Shown here piece after piece: positions 1 through 8,360 of a DNA stretch of 64,000 nt. A program made the position numbers and the translations under genes. Positions within the stretch are counted from its first letter, which is position 1. Every line of letters starts with the position of its first letter. The stretch is from assembly GCA_024655825.1 (NCBI GenBank), contig JANLFJ010000004.1, positions 15,158 to 79,157 on the forward strand. Direction: 5' to 3'. The notes under the pieces are model-generated. The model was not told where the DNA came from. It worked only from the letters and a program-made list of their open reading frames with translations, and ran no database searches. This DNA comes from Peptococcaceae bacterium (GTDB lineage: Bacteria > Bacillota > Peptococcia > DRI-13 > PHAD01).

Positions 1-609
1 TTCCCTGAGAATTATAACCTCTTCATCCGCGGCGACTTCCGCCGTCCAGGGCGACCTCACGGACGGCTTTTGGCGCAGTTTCCCCCTGGCCGTTATTTTT
101 CCCTGCTGGACAGGCTGCTCCAGGCTATGTATGCGGGCAACCATGTTTTCCTTATCTTGTACTATTTCCAGCCGGTAAAAATCTTGCAGAGGGTCGGCGG
201 GGAGGTAAACTGCGCCTTCTTTCTGGACAACCGGATAGGTAAAAGAGTATGGCTCGAGGTTCAAAAGACCTTCTTTGCTGCCCAGGGGAAAATGAAACAC
301 ATGCTTGCCGGTGGTGATTATTACCACCTTGTTTTTTTCGTCCCACCGGATGTCGGGATCAAGCTTCTCCTTAACAAAATCAAACGGCAAATACAGTTCT
401 TCTTCCTGGAAATAACCGGCCTGCTCAGCCGGATCGCCCATGTAATATATTTGCCAGCGGTCTGTTGTGTTCAAAGGCGTCCTGAACCAGCCGGGCGCAA
501 AATATACTGCCAGGGCAATCACTGCGGCCAGTAAAAGCAGTAAAACCACCCGTTTGGGAAACCGGAGAATTTTAAACTTTGCTGCCGGAACCTGGGGCGC
601 TGTGCTCAT
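1..609 (-). CDS. Membrane-anchored protein, 5' portion only (the gene runs off the window start); paralog of the N-terminal region of the adjacent GH18-like protein
   Basis: Manual minus-strand translation from the ATG at 609 gives MSTAPQVPAAKFKILRFPKRVVLLLLLAAVIALAVYF...IYYMG...LYLPFDFVKEKLDPD...HVFHFPLGSKEGLLNL...YPVVQKEGAVYLPA. This is colinear with residues ~55-200 of the 694..2403 protein (IYYMG, LYLPFPFIKENIDPS, VYHFFPGSSEGLHNL, YPVVQEDEIVYLPA). It is open-ended, so it is absent from the ORF track. The + ORF 70..534 is its antisense shadow. Confidence 0.6.
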   Translation of the reverse strand, partial: MSTAPQVPAAKFKILRFPKRVVLLLLLAAVIALAVYFAPGWFRTPLNTTDRWQIYYMGDPAEQAGYFQEEELYLPFDFVKEKLDPDIRWDEKNKVVIITTGKHVFHFPLGSKEGLLNLEPYSFTYPVVQKEGAVYLPADPLQDFYRLEIVQDKENMVARIHSLEQPVQQGKITARGKLRQKPSVRSPWTAEVAADEEVIILRE

Positions 610-693
610 GCTGCTGCTCTCCCTGCAATCTTTTCTTAATCATAACAATAATTTTAAGTTAGGGCTTGTAAAAATTAATGGAAAAGCGTTTTA

Positions 694-2403
694 TCATCGC
701 CTGTCGAGAAGACCGCCCAGCAGCGGCCAGACTTCGTCCTTTGCTATATCCCTGCGCCAGGCGGATATTCCGGCCAGCCTGTATTTCTTTGCCAGTTCCA
801 CCCTTTTTTGCAGCGAATAAGTATCTTCAAGCCACATGCGGAATACAGTCTCCCCCTGCCTGACCTCGACATAATGCTGGCCTGAATCCTCGTCTTCTTG
901 TACCTCCGGTTTATACGCGGCCACCCATTTTTGGGCCTGTTCAATGGTGAGGGTCTGGCGTGTCGTCTTTGTTTTGCCGCTCCCGTCCGGTTCCTCCTGC
1001 CACAGCCTTGTATAAAGGGGCACCCCCAGCAATAGCTTGTCGTGGGGAACATCCTCCAGCATCCTGACGACGCCCCTTTCCACCCAGGGCAGAGAAGCCA
1101 CCGGACCAGCCAGTACGGTGTGCTGGTCGTAGGCCATAACAATCAGGTAATCGGCGCTCTCCGCCAGGGCTCGGTGGTCGTAACACCTTGACCAGTTCTC
1201 GCTGTTGGAATGAAATATTACATCCACTGTGACCGTGCGGCCCAATTCGTGCATAAGCGGCACCAGTTCCCTGATGAACTGTACATAAGCCGCTTTGTCC
1301 TCCAGGTACATGTACTCAAAATCAACGTCAATCCCGTCAAGTTCATATTCCCGGGCAGAATCAACAAGCTGCTTGACAGCTTCCAATCTCAACTTTGAGT
1401 CGGAAAGAAAAGAATGGGTCAGGTCAATTTCGCAGTTGTTGGTGAACACTCCCCAAACCTGGCGGCCCTTGGCGTGCGCCCACTCCACGTATTTCTTGCT
1501 GGCTTTGCTGTGAATAACGCCGCCCTCTCCGAGGGAAAACCAGATGGGCGCAAAAACGTTTATTCCGCTGATGTTCTCAGCCTTCTGGGGAAGAGCCGCC
1601 TTTTTATTTACAAATTCCCAGGTGACAAGGAGCGGCTGCCCCAGCGGGCTCCACGGCTGGTAAACATCTTCATCAGGGACCGGATTCTTTTTAATTTCCG
1701 TCAATTCCACCCTTTCTTTTTGTATATAGCCGATCTTTCCATCATTTGCTTCCACCAGAAACCAGCCCTTTTCTTCCTTCCAAACGGTAACATCCTCACC
1801 TTCCAGGACCTGCCCTTGCCCGGGTGAAAAAAAACGCGGTTCGTTTTTAAGACTGCCGCTTTTCGTTATTCTCGCCAGCTGAACCGGTTTATGCGCGCTG
1901 TTTATGGTGATAAAATTTTTTTCTCTATGCTCCGTTATCTCGACTGGATACAGTTTTTCGACCAGCCAGGCAGGGAGATAAACAATTTCATCTTCCTGAA
2001 CAACAGGATAATCCAGGGCAACACTATTTAAATTATGCAGACCTTCACTGCTTCCCGGGAAAAAATGATAGACGCTTTCTGGTCCTGTCACAACCAAAAA
2101 CCGGCTTTTCAGGTCCCACCAGGCCGAAGGATCGATATTTTCTTTGATGAAAGGGAAGGGCAAATAAAGCTGCCCCTCCCGGTAAAAAGGCCTTGATGCG
2201 GCAGCACAGCCCATATAGTAAATCCTGGGCTGGTCGTAAACACCCCAAGACTCGCTTTGATAAAAAACCCGGAAACCGAAAAAACCCGCCGCACACATAA
2301 CAGCCAGCACAGGAATAACCAAAAGGATTATGCCCAGTCCTTTCTTTTGTTTCTTTTCCCTTGTTCTCAAAGGCGCAGCGGTCATAAGCCATTCTCCCGT
2401 CAT
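694..2403 (-). CDS. GH18-family glycoside hydrolase-like protein (YaaH/YdhD-type peptidoglycan or spore-cortex hydrolase family) with an N-terminal TM anchor and an SH3-like segment
   Basis: 569-aa ORF. It has a TM helix (GLGIILLVIPVLAVMCAAGFFGF), an SH3b-like stretch (GWFLVEANDGKIGYIQKERV) and the GH18 catalytic motif DGIDVDFEYM (DxxDxDxE). Confidence 0.75.
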   Translation of the reverse strand: MTGEWLMTAAPLRTREKKQKKGLGIILLVIPVLAVMCAAGFFGFRVFYQSESWGVYDQPRIYYMGCAAASRPFYREGQLYLPFPFIKENIDPSAWWDLKSRFLVVTGPESVYHFFPGSSEGLHNLNSVALDYPVVQEDEIVYLPAWLVEKLYPVEITEHREKNFITINSAHKPVQLARITKSGSLKNEPRFFSPGQGQVLEGEDVTVWKEEKGWFLVEANDGKIGYIQKERVELTEIKKNPVPDEDVYQPWSPLGQPLLVTWEFVNKKAALPQKAENISGINVFAPIWFSLGEGGVIHSKASKKYVEWAHAKGRQVWGVFTNNCEIDLTHSFLSDSKLRLEAVKQLVDSAREYELDGIDVDFEYMYLEDKAAYVQFIRELVPLMHELGRTVTVDVIFHSNSENWSRCYDHRALAESADYLIVMAYDQHTVLAGPVASLPWVERGVVRMLEDVPHDKLLLGVPLYTRLWQEEPDGSGKTKTTRQTLTIEQAQKWVAAYKPEVQEDEDSGQHYVEVRQGETVFRMWLEDTYSLQKRVELAKKYRLAGISAWRRDIAKDEVWPLLGGLLDRR

Positions 2404-2639
2404 CCCACGTCGAAAAAATCCAATAAAATAATATTATGATAATTATATCACACTCATGTACCCCCCCTGCTTTTGATTTTGTACTAACCTTTGGATTGAA
2501 ATAGAATATAACCTTGACATGGTAACAGTTATGTTATATCTTATTAGTAACGATTTCTATTTATAGCATTTCGGCACGCCTAGCAGTTATTATGTTAAGA
2601 AGCAAAAATTAAAATCTTACTCAAAAGGAGGATAACAGC

Positions 2640-3176
2640 ATGAACCTGAAAGGTTCCAGGACTGAGGCTAATTTGCTGGCGGCTTTCGCCGGGGAATCCC
2701 AGGCCAGAAACAAGTACACCTATTTCGCCTCCAAGGCCAGAAAAGAGGGGTTCAACCAGATCGCCGACTTCTTTGAGGAAACGGCAAACAACGAAAAGGA
2801 ACACGCAAAGATCTGGTTTAAACTCCTGCATGACGGTATCGCATCCACGGAGGAAAACCTGAAGGACGCTGCCGCAGGGGAGAATTACGAATGGACAGAC
2901 ATGTATGCCGGTTTTGCTAAAACCGCAAAAGAAGAAGGTTTTGACAGGATCGCGTTCCTTTTTGAAAAAGTGGCGGAAATTGAAAAAGAGCATGAAGAGC
3001 GGTATTTGAAGCTGTTACAGAATATAAAAGGGAACAGGGTTTTTGAAAGGGAAAGCAAGCAAGCCTGGAAATGCGGAAACTGCGGGCATATCCATATCGG
3101 CGAAAAGGCGCCTGAGGTTTGCCCGGTCTGCGATCATCCGAAAGCGTTTTTTGAAATCAGGGCGGAAAATTATTAG
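2640..3176 (+). CDS. rbr: Rubrerythrin
   Basis: 178 aa. The N-terminal diiron four-helix ferritin-like domain shows ExxH pairs (EKEHAK, EKEHEE). The C-terminal rubredoxin-like segment is CGNCGH...CPVCDHP. RBS AAGGAGG lies upstream of the ATG. Confidence 0.93.
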   Translation: MNLKGSRTEANLLAAFAGESQARNKYTYFASKARKEGFNQIADFFEETANNEKEHAKIWFKLLHDGIASTEENLKDAAAGENYEWTDMYAGFAKTAKEEGFDRIAFLFEKVAEIEKEHEERYLKLLQNIKGNRVFERESKQAWKCGNCGHIHIGEKAPEVCPVCDHPKAFFEIRAENY

Positions 3177-3182
3177 GGCTAG

Positions 3183-3398
3183 CGAAAGGATGGGAAAATA
3201 CATGTCGGCGTGGGCTCGCTTCCCCATCCGATGAAGGATGAACACTACATCGAATGGATCGCGGTCGTCACCGGCAGCGGCACAGAGAGGATTTCACTGT
3301 TGCCGGGAGACGAGCCGAAAGCGGTTTTCTGCGGCAGGCCCAATCCCAAGGTTTACGCCTACTGCAACCTTCACGGCCTGTGGAAGACAGACCTATAA
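3183..3398 (+). pseudogene. 5'-truncated desulfoferrodoxin / superoxide reductase remnant (C-terminal ~65 codons only)
   Basis: The frame opens right after an in-frame TAG at 3180-3182, 4 nt past the rbr stop. It reads DGKIHVGVGSLPHPMKDEHYIEWI...PGDEPKAVFC...YCNLHGLWKTDL, matching the SOR centre-II motifs HPM..(E/K)HYIEWI and C-N-(L/I)-H-G. The desulforedoxin domain and the EKHVP His ligand are missing. There is no convincing RBS for the GTG at 3210 or the ATG at 3230. Confidence 0.6.
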
Positions 3399-3422
3399 AT
3401 GGAACATTAAGCCGGACGAGTC

Positions 3423-3451
3423 TTGACAAAATACCGGTTTACCTTCATAAT
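3423..3451 (+). promoter_or_regulatory. Sigma-A-type promoter of the Mn riboswitch / transporter unit
   Basis: TTGACA (3423-3428), a 17-nt spacer, then CATAAT (3446-3451). Confidence 0.6.
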
Positions 3452-3475
3452 TAAAACAAACTTAAAACAACCCAT

Positions 3476-3603
3476 AAAGGGGAGTAGCTGGCAGGTTTCC
3501 CTGCCGGTAAAATCGTCAAGACGGTCTGGCAGACCCGGTTTTACCTGCGCAAACTGCTTAGGAAATTTGAGATTCTTGGGCATAAGGCAAAGCAAGACCT
3601 TTA
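3476..3603 (+). promoter_or_regulatory. yybP-ykoY (Mn2+) riboswitch aptamer
   Basis: The 5' AAAGGGGAGTAGC and the 3' AAAGCAAGACCTTT are the two most conserved blocks of the yybP-ykoY family. The closing P1 pairs AAAGG with CCTTT. The internal TTGAGA...GGCATA segment is also family-like. Confidence 0.85.
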
Positions 3604-3640
3604 TCTCACCAGGAGATAAAGGTCTTTTTGTTACACATGC
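3594..3640 (+). terminator. Intrinsic terminator (riboswitch expression platform)
   Basis: AAGACCTTTATCTC-ACCAGG-AGATAAAGGTCTT followed by TTTTGTT. The 5' arm overlaps the 3' strand of aptamer P1, so the two structures are mutually exclusive. That is the expected Mn-ON architecture. Confidence 0.8.
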
Positions 3641-3683
3641 CGCTGGCCTTTTTCAGCAATAATTATTAACAGGGAGGAATTAA

Positions 3684-4688
3684 ATGATTTACGCTCTTTT
3701 GCTGTTTAGCCTGGTAATCATTCTCATCGGTGCAGAAATCTTCACCAACGGTATCGAATGGCTGGGGAAAAAACTGCACCTGGGCGAGGGGGCTGTCGGC
3801 AGCATCCTGGCAGCAGTAGGAACAGCTCTCCCGGAAACAACGATCCCGGTTATCGCCATTCTTTTCGGCTCAGGAGAAGACGCCACCCATATCGGGATAG
3901 GAGCCATCCTGGGAGCGCCTTTCATGCTGGCTACCCTGGCCATGTTTGTCACGGGGACTGCCGCAGCTCTTTACAGAATCAATGGTGAAAAACGCACCTT
4001 CATGTTATGCGACTCCATCATCATGAGAAGGGACCTTTCATTTTTCATCCTGGTTTATACCGTGGCCCTGCTGGCCGCCTATCTCCCGTCCCATAAGATT
4101 AAACTGGTTGTCGCCGCTTTCCTTGTCCTGGCGTATGCCGTCTATGCCTATCATACGATCAGGGCTGGAGAAACGCTCAGCGATGCGGACCTTGAACCCC
4201 TTATTTTCCGAAAATCAAGACCTAACCCGTCTTCATTCTGGGTCCTGCTGCAGGTGGGTACCGCGCTGGCCATTATTATCATTGGAGCCCGCGCCTTCGT
4301 CAATGCCATCTCCACGGTTTCTACCCTCTGGGGAGTACCCGCCTTTGTGCTGGCTGTGATCATCGCTCCCGTTGCCACCGAGCTTCCGGAAAAGTTCAAC
4401 AGCATCGTCTGGGTCAGGCAGGGGAAAGACACGCTCGCTTTGGGAAACATCACCGGGGCCATGGTTTTTCAAAGCTCCGTTATCCCTGCCCTGGGTATTC
4501 TTCTGACCCCCTGGGAACTCTCACCGCTCGCCCTGTTAAGCGGTGCCCTGGCCCTGGCTTCCGCCGCAGCGATATATCTTAACCTGCGGCTGAAAAACCG
4601 GATCAGACCACGGACACTTATCGGCGTCGGAACCCTGTACATTATTTTCTTCGCAGCCGTGGTCTTCTCCGGAGGCGGTCTTCATTAA
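3684..4688 (+). CDS. Na+/Ca2+ exchanger (CaCA, YrbG-like) family cation transporter
   Basis: 334 aa and polytopic. Two alpha-repeat signatures are present: GSILAAVGTALPET and IAPVATELPEKF. RBS GGGAGG lies upstream. Confidence 0.8.
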   Translation: MIYALLLFSLVIILIGAEIFTNGIEWLGKKLHLGEGAVGSILAAVGTALPETTIPVIAILFGSGEDATHIGIGAILGAPFMLATLAMFVTGTAAALYRINGEKRTFMLCDSIIMRRDLSFFILVYTVALLAAYLPSHKIKLVVAAFLVLAYAVYAYHTIRAGETLSDADLEPLIFRKSRPNPSSFWVLLQVGTALAIIIIGARAFVNAISTVSTLWGVPAFVLAVIIAPVATELPEKFNSIVWVRQGKDTLALGNITGAMVFQSSVIPALGILLTPWELSPLALLSGALALASAAAIYLNLRLKNRIRPRTLIGVGTLYIIFFAAVVFSGGGLH

Positions 4689-4695
4689 GAAGGCC

Positions 4696-6162
4696 TTATT
4701 CCAGCACCCCTGCGTACTTGCAGGTGATGTTAATGAGGGCAACCAGCGCTTTGACGGCCATACGGGTAATATCGGGGATCAACTGGCCGTACTCGTCGGT
4801 TGTGGCAAGACCGGTGGAAATATAAATATTGGCATCATAAGCAATAGTGGGAATAACACCCATAGCGCTCATTCCGCTCTGGAATATATTGGTTCCGGAA
4901 TACATGTCCTCGATGCTGAAAATGGGAATACCGGTTTTCCCGTCCTGCCAGGTTCCTTCGTAATTGATCTCCACCGCGGTGGAATTGTACGATTTGCTGA
5001 TAATTATGCCTTCTTTGAATTGGGGCTCGATGCCGGCAAATTCCTCGACCACTATATCGTAAAGGTCGTCAACCGGCTTGGTGAGGACTTCCGGCTTGTC
5101 TTTGAGAACACGAAGCGCCGCCAGGGCCCCGACAAGCGCTTCTTTCCCCGGGTCATTGGTCACATAAGCGGCTTTCCCATAGGAAGCCGTTGTGCCGTAG
5201 CGGTCCCCGTGCATGCCAACAGCCCGGCGGATTGGCACCATCAGCTCTTCCTTGCCGATAATCAGGCCGCAGAGAGGAGAACCGGTAGCCTTATCCATGC
5301 TGTAGATGATCACGTCGCAGCCGTTTTTGACGGGATTGGTCCCCACGAAAGGAAGTCCCCAGGCATTATCGACGACATACGGGACATTGTACTTATGGGC
5401 AATTTCGGCTATTGCCTTCTGGAGTACGGGGACTCCGTCCTTATCCTTTATGGAATAGCCGTAGCCGGGAGTTTCATAACCAAGGCTGGTAAACCCGCTT
5501 AATAAGGCGGCGTTCCTGGCGGCTGCTTCTTCCAGGAGGACTTTTGAAGCCCCCGGCTCAACCTTTGAAAGCAGCGGCACCGGGTGGTACTTGATCCCGT
5601 GGACGTCATACCTGGCTCCTGCCAGCGGCACTATTACGGTATCAAGGTTATTCTGGCGTTTTCCATAGAAACCGAGTTCTCCGGCGGTTGACCCCCTGTC
5701 GGCGAAGATGTCCTTGTAACGGGGCGGAAATGGGCGGCCGTAACCGCCGTGGTGATGGAGGTGTTTTTCATATGGAGTTATATAACGCGTCCGGTAGTTG
5801 TCGCCGCGTCCCATAGCCGGCGGGGTAAAGAGGGTATCAAAAGTTATCCAGAGCCCGGCCTCGCAGGTATTGACGGGAGCGGCGTCCCAATCGTCTCCAT
5901 ACACCTCTTTTACAATTCCCCTGATTTCTTCGACATAGGTCGCCAGGGGCACAACTTTCCTCGCCTCGATTTCTCCCGCTTTGATGATGTCCTCCCTTAA
6001 GGGGGCAGGGCACCCGGAAATCGCTCCGGTCAAACCGAATTTACCCTTGAGTTCCGCAGGGATCCCAATCTTCTCGGCAGCCTTTTTCGCCTCGGCATAG
6101 ATATTGGGAATGTTAACCTGTAAGTTTTTGTACATTTGATGCTTGAATTTGAATTTAGCCAT
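4696..6162 (-). CDS. Fold-type-I PLP-dependent enzyme (SelA/DgaE-like), specific function unknown
   Basis: The start was moved to MAKFKFKHQMYKNL (ATG at 6162; the 545-aa track ORF overlaps the upstream gene). Motifs are VDNAWG and SMDKATGSP (S-x-D-K PLP lysine). It lies 80 bp downstream of the B12-domain gene. Confidence 0.65.
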   Translation of the reverse strand: MAKFKFKHQMYKNLQVNIPNIYAEAKKAAEKIGIPAELKGKFGLTGAISGCPAPLREDIIKAGEIEARKVVPLATYVEEIRGIVKEVYGDDWDAAPVNTCEAGLWITFDTLFTPPAMGRGDNYRTRYITPYEKHLHHHGGYGRPFPPRYKDIFADRGSTAGELGFYGKRQNNLDTVIVPLAGARYDVHGIKYHPVPLLSKVEPGASKVLLEEAAARNAALLSGFTSLGYETPGYGYSIKDKDGVPVLQKAIAEIAHKYNVPYVVDNAWGLPFVGTNPVKNGCDVIIYSMDKATGSPLCGLIIGKEELMVPIRRAVGMHGDRYGTTASYGKAAYVTNDPGKEALVGALAALRVLKDKPEVLTKPVDDLYDIVVEEFAGIEPQFKEGIIISKSYNSTAVEINYEGTWQDGKTGIPIFSIEDMYSGTNIFQSGMSAMGVIPTIAYDANIYISTGLATTDEYGQLIPDITRMAVKALVALINITCKYAGVLE

Positions 6163-6241
6163 TCTACACAACCCCTTTTTAAAATATATTTTTATTCTTT
6201 TTAAGATGAGCAATTTAAGCTCATCCAATTCAAAGCCAGTG

Positions 6242-8056
6242 CTATTCCGTAAACACGGTTCCTCTTCCTCCCCTGCCGGGGTATGCCCCTTCGGCGACAC
6301 TGCCCAGCAGGCCGTCGTACAGCGATTGGACAAAATCTCCCTTGTCGGCTACGCTTTCCAGGACTTCCTGGATGTCTCCCACCATTTTTTTCGCCCATTC
6401 CTCGGCCTGCCCGGTCGGTTTGATCCCGGCCTGGCCAAAGAAGCGAAACGCTTCCTGCACGGCCCTGAGCGTATCTATCCTTGATTGGGCTGAAATAGGC
6501 CCGCCGGAATAAGCTTCGTCCGAAGAGGCGATGGAAATGGCTTCCACTCCAAGCGACGACGCCAGGGCGGCATGCAGGGCCGTTGTCACCGCCGATTGGA
6601 CCCTGTCTTCGGTGTGCGTAAGAAAACCGATCGGAGCGCCCGGCCAGATCGGGGCATCGATGATGCTGCGCAGGGCAAGCACTTTTGCCGCGTTGAAGTC
6701 AATATAATTATCATCCATCTGGCCGGAAACCATCACTTCCGGCGAATAGCAGAAAAGCGGCTGGAGAATGGGTTTTCCTCCCAGGCGCCGGCCGAGATGC
6801 GCTGTAATCAGCATGCCCGCGAAAGCCTTATAGGCAGGTACTCCGCATAGCTCCTCGTTGGTAACCACATCAAAGGGAAGCTTGAACTGCACGGCATAAA
6901 GGATCGCCCTGATGGCGTCGACGGTCAGCCGGGCCGGGTCGGTACCGCCGCCCAGCGAACCGTACGCAATGTTTATTTTCGTCAGGTCCGCCCCGGCGTG
7001 CCCGGCCAGCAGCACTGTCTCCGGGGTATTCAGCCCGCGATGGGCCCTGACCTGCCACAAGGTGTGCCGACGCAGCGACGCCTTAATCCTTTTCAGGTTT
7101 TCAAAAGTGATGATTGAACCGTCTTCCTCGTGGGTAACGTACCCTTCGAGAAAACCCTCGGTTCGCGCACCCCAGGACGGGTCAAAATGGACAACCCCGT
7201 CGGCGCCCCATGCCTCGCCCACTTTGATGTGGGCGACGTCCATGAAGGGGCAGCCTGTGCCGTACTGAATGAACACGACGGGCTTTTTCCTGCTGTGCTG
7301 GAGCACCTGCACGCTCATCCGCCTGCGCGTCGCCTGCACGTAGCTTTCCAGCTGCTCAACTTCCTCGCCGGTCAGCCGCCTGGTTTTTGGGGGCAGCTCT
7401 TTTTGTTCATAGGCCTGCCTTATTTTGTGGTCGCACCACTGCAGGTATTGCTTTAATAGGGGGGCCTTGTCCCTTCCGTCCGGAAGACTCAATAACTCTT
7501 CTTTAAGCTGGGCTCTTTTGACGCCTGGCGAGGTCTTGCCGTGAGACCACCCGATTATGGAATCCACTATTTTATCCAGCAGTTCCTCGATCCGCCTGTT
7601 ACGATAGCCATAACCAAAGCCCGCTGTCAGGTCGGCCTTTTGCTTGCTGGCGCCGCCCAATTCAGGCACGTATTCCCTGCCTTCCAGGAAGGCGATGACT
7701 TCTTCCGGGGTTGTTCCCGGCCCGAACCCCGCGTCATAGCCAAGTTCCTGGGCCAGTTCGGGGCGTATGCTCATCCCGCCGATGGCCAGTTTTACCTTGT
7801 CCCGCAACCCTGCAGCTTCGGCCAGGTCGACAAACCTGGAAAGCAGCTCCGCCACCCCGTATCCCAGGGTGCGGCTGACCAGGACAGCGGAAACATCATT
7901 GTCCAGCGCCGCCTTGATGACTTCTTCCGCCTGGTAATCAGGCGGCAGCAGGATTGTTTTATACCCCGCTTCGTCCAGGGCCCGCTTCATGATCTTCAAT
8001 CCTATGTCGTGGACTGGGTCCAGGGGAGCAAGCAGCACCGGCCTGTTTTTATCCAT
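6242..8056 (-). CDS. Cobalamin-binding-domain protein fused to a large C-terminal (glutamate-mutase-E-like?) domain
   Basis: Start at MDKNRPVLLAP (ATG 8056, RBS AAGGGGTGGGG). The N-terminal ~130 aa is colinear with GlmS/MutS-type B12 domains but carries DPVHDIG (DxxHxxG) instead of DxHxxG. The C-terminal part (QVRAHRGLNTPE..LLAGHAGAD) loosely resembles methylaspartate mutase E. That family call is from memory alone. Confidence 0.55.
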   Translation of the reverse strand: MDKNRPVLLAPLDPVHDIGLKIMKRALDEAGYKTILLPPDYQAEEVIKAALDNDVSAVLVSRTLGYGVAELLSRFVDLAEAAGLRDKVKLAIGGMSIRPELAQELGYDAGFGPGTTPEEVIAFLEGREYVPELGGASKQKADLTAGFGYGYRNRRIEELLDKIVDSIIGWSHGKTSPGVKRAQLKEELLSLPDGRDKAPLLKQYLQWCDHKIRQAYEQKELPPKTRRLTGEEVEQLESYVQATRRRMSVQVLQHSRKKPVVFIQYGTGCPFMDVAHIKVGEAWGADGVVHFDPSWGARTEGFLEGYVTHEEDGSIITFENLKRIKASLRRHTLWQVRAHRGLNTPETVLLAGHAGADLTKINIAYGSLGGGTDPARLTVDAIRAILYAVQFKLPFDVVTNEELCGVPAYKAFAGMLITAHLGRRLGGKPILQPLFCYSPEVMVSGQMDDNYIDFNAAKVLALRSIIDAPIWPGAPIGFLTHTEDRVQSAVTTALHAALASSLGVEAISIASSDEAYSGGPISAQSRIDTLRAVQEAFRFFGQAGIKPTGQAEEWAKKMVGDIQEVLESVADKGDFVQSLYDGLLGSVAEGAYPGRGGRGTVFTE

Positions 8057-8288
8057 TTTCCCCACCCCTTTCCAGCCAGCCGTAATGGTCGCCGGGCCTG
8101 AAGAAATAGCCCCTCGCCCGCACCCTGGCCCCTGGTCCCTGGTGCTGAATGAAAACGATGTCGGCATCTTTCAGGCCGAAACTCTCCAGGAGCTTTAAAG
8201 CCAGGGCTTTACCCTCATTCTCATCCTGGCAGACGAAAAAGGTTTCCACATCTACCGCGTCCAATATTTTCCTGTAGTGGTCTTCCAT
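8049..8288 (-). CDS. Small hypothetical protein (79 aa), translationally coupled to the B12-domain gene
   Basis: Its stop overlaps the downstream start (ATGGATAA). RBS GAAGGGAGAGAG is upstream of the ATG. No domain recognised. Confidence 0.45.
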   Translation of the reverse strand: MEDHYRKILDAVDVETFFVCQDENEGKALALKLLESFGLKDADIVFIQHQGPGARVRARGYFFRPGDHYGWLERGGENG

Positions 8289-8360
8289 CGTTTCTCTCTC
8301 CCTTCTACCTCATCAATGATGAGCAGACATCATCAAAAAAAATTATGTGACACAACGGCT

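Noticed and set aside
70-534. 154-aa plus-strand ORF at the window start.
   Set aside because: The opposite strand encodes a protein clearly paralogous to the neighbouring GH18-like gene, so the plus ORF is its antisense shadow.
2425-2455. AT-rich Fur/PerR-box-like sequence (aataatattatgataattatatc) in the GH18/rubrerythrin divergent region.
   Set aside because: The match to the 7-1-7 consensus is partial and the region is generally AT-rich. This is plausible for PerR control of rbr but is not supportable by eye alone.
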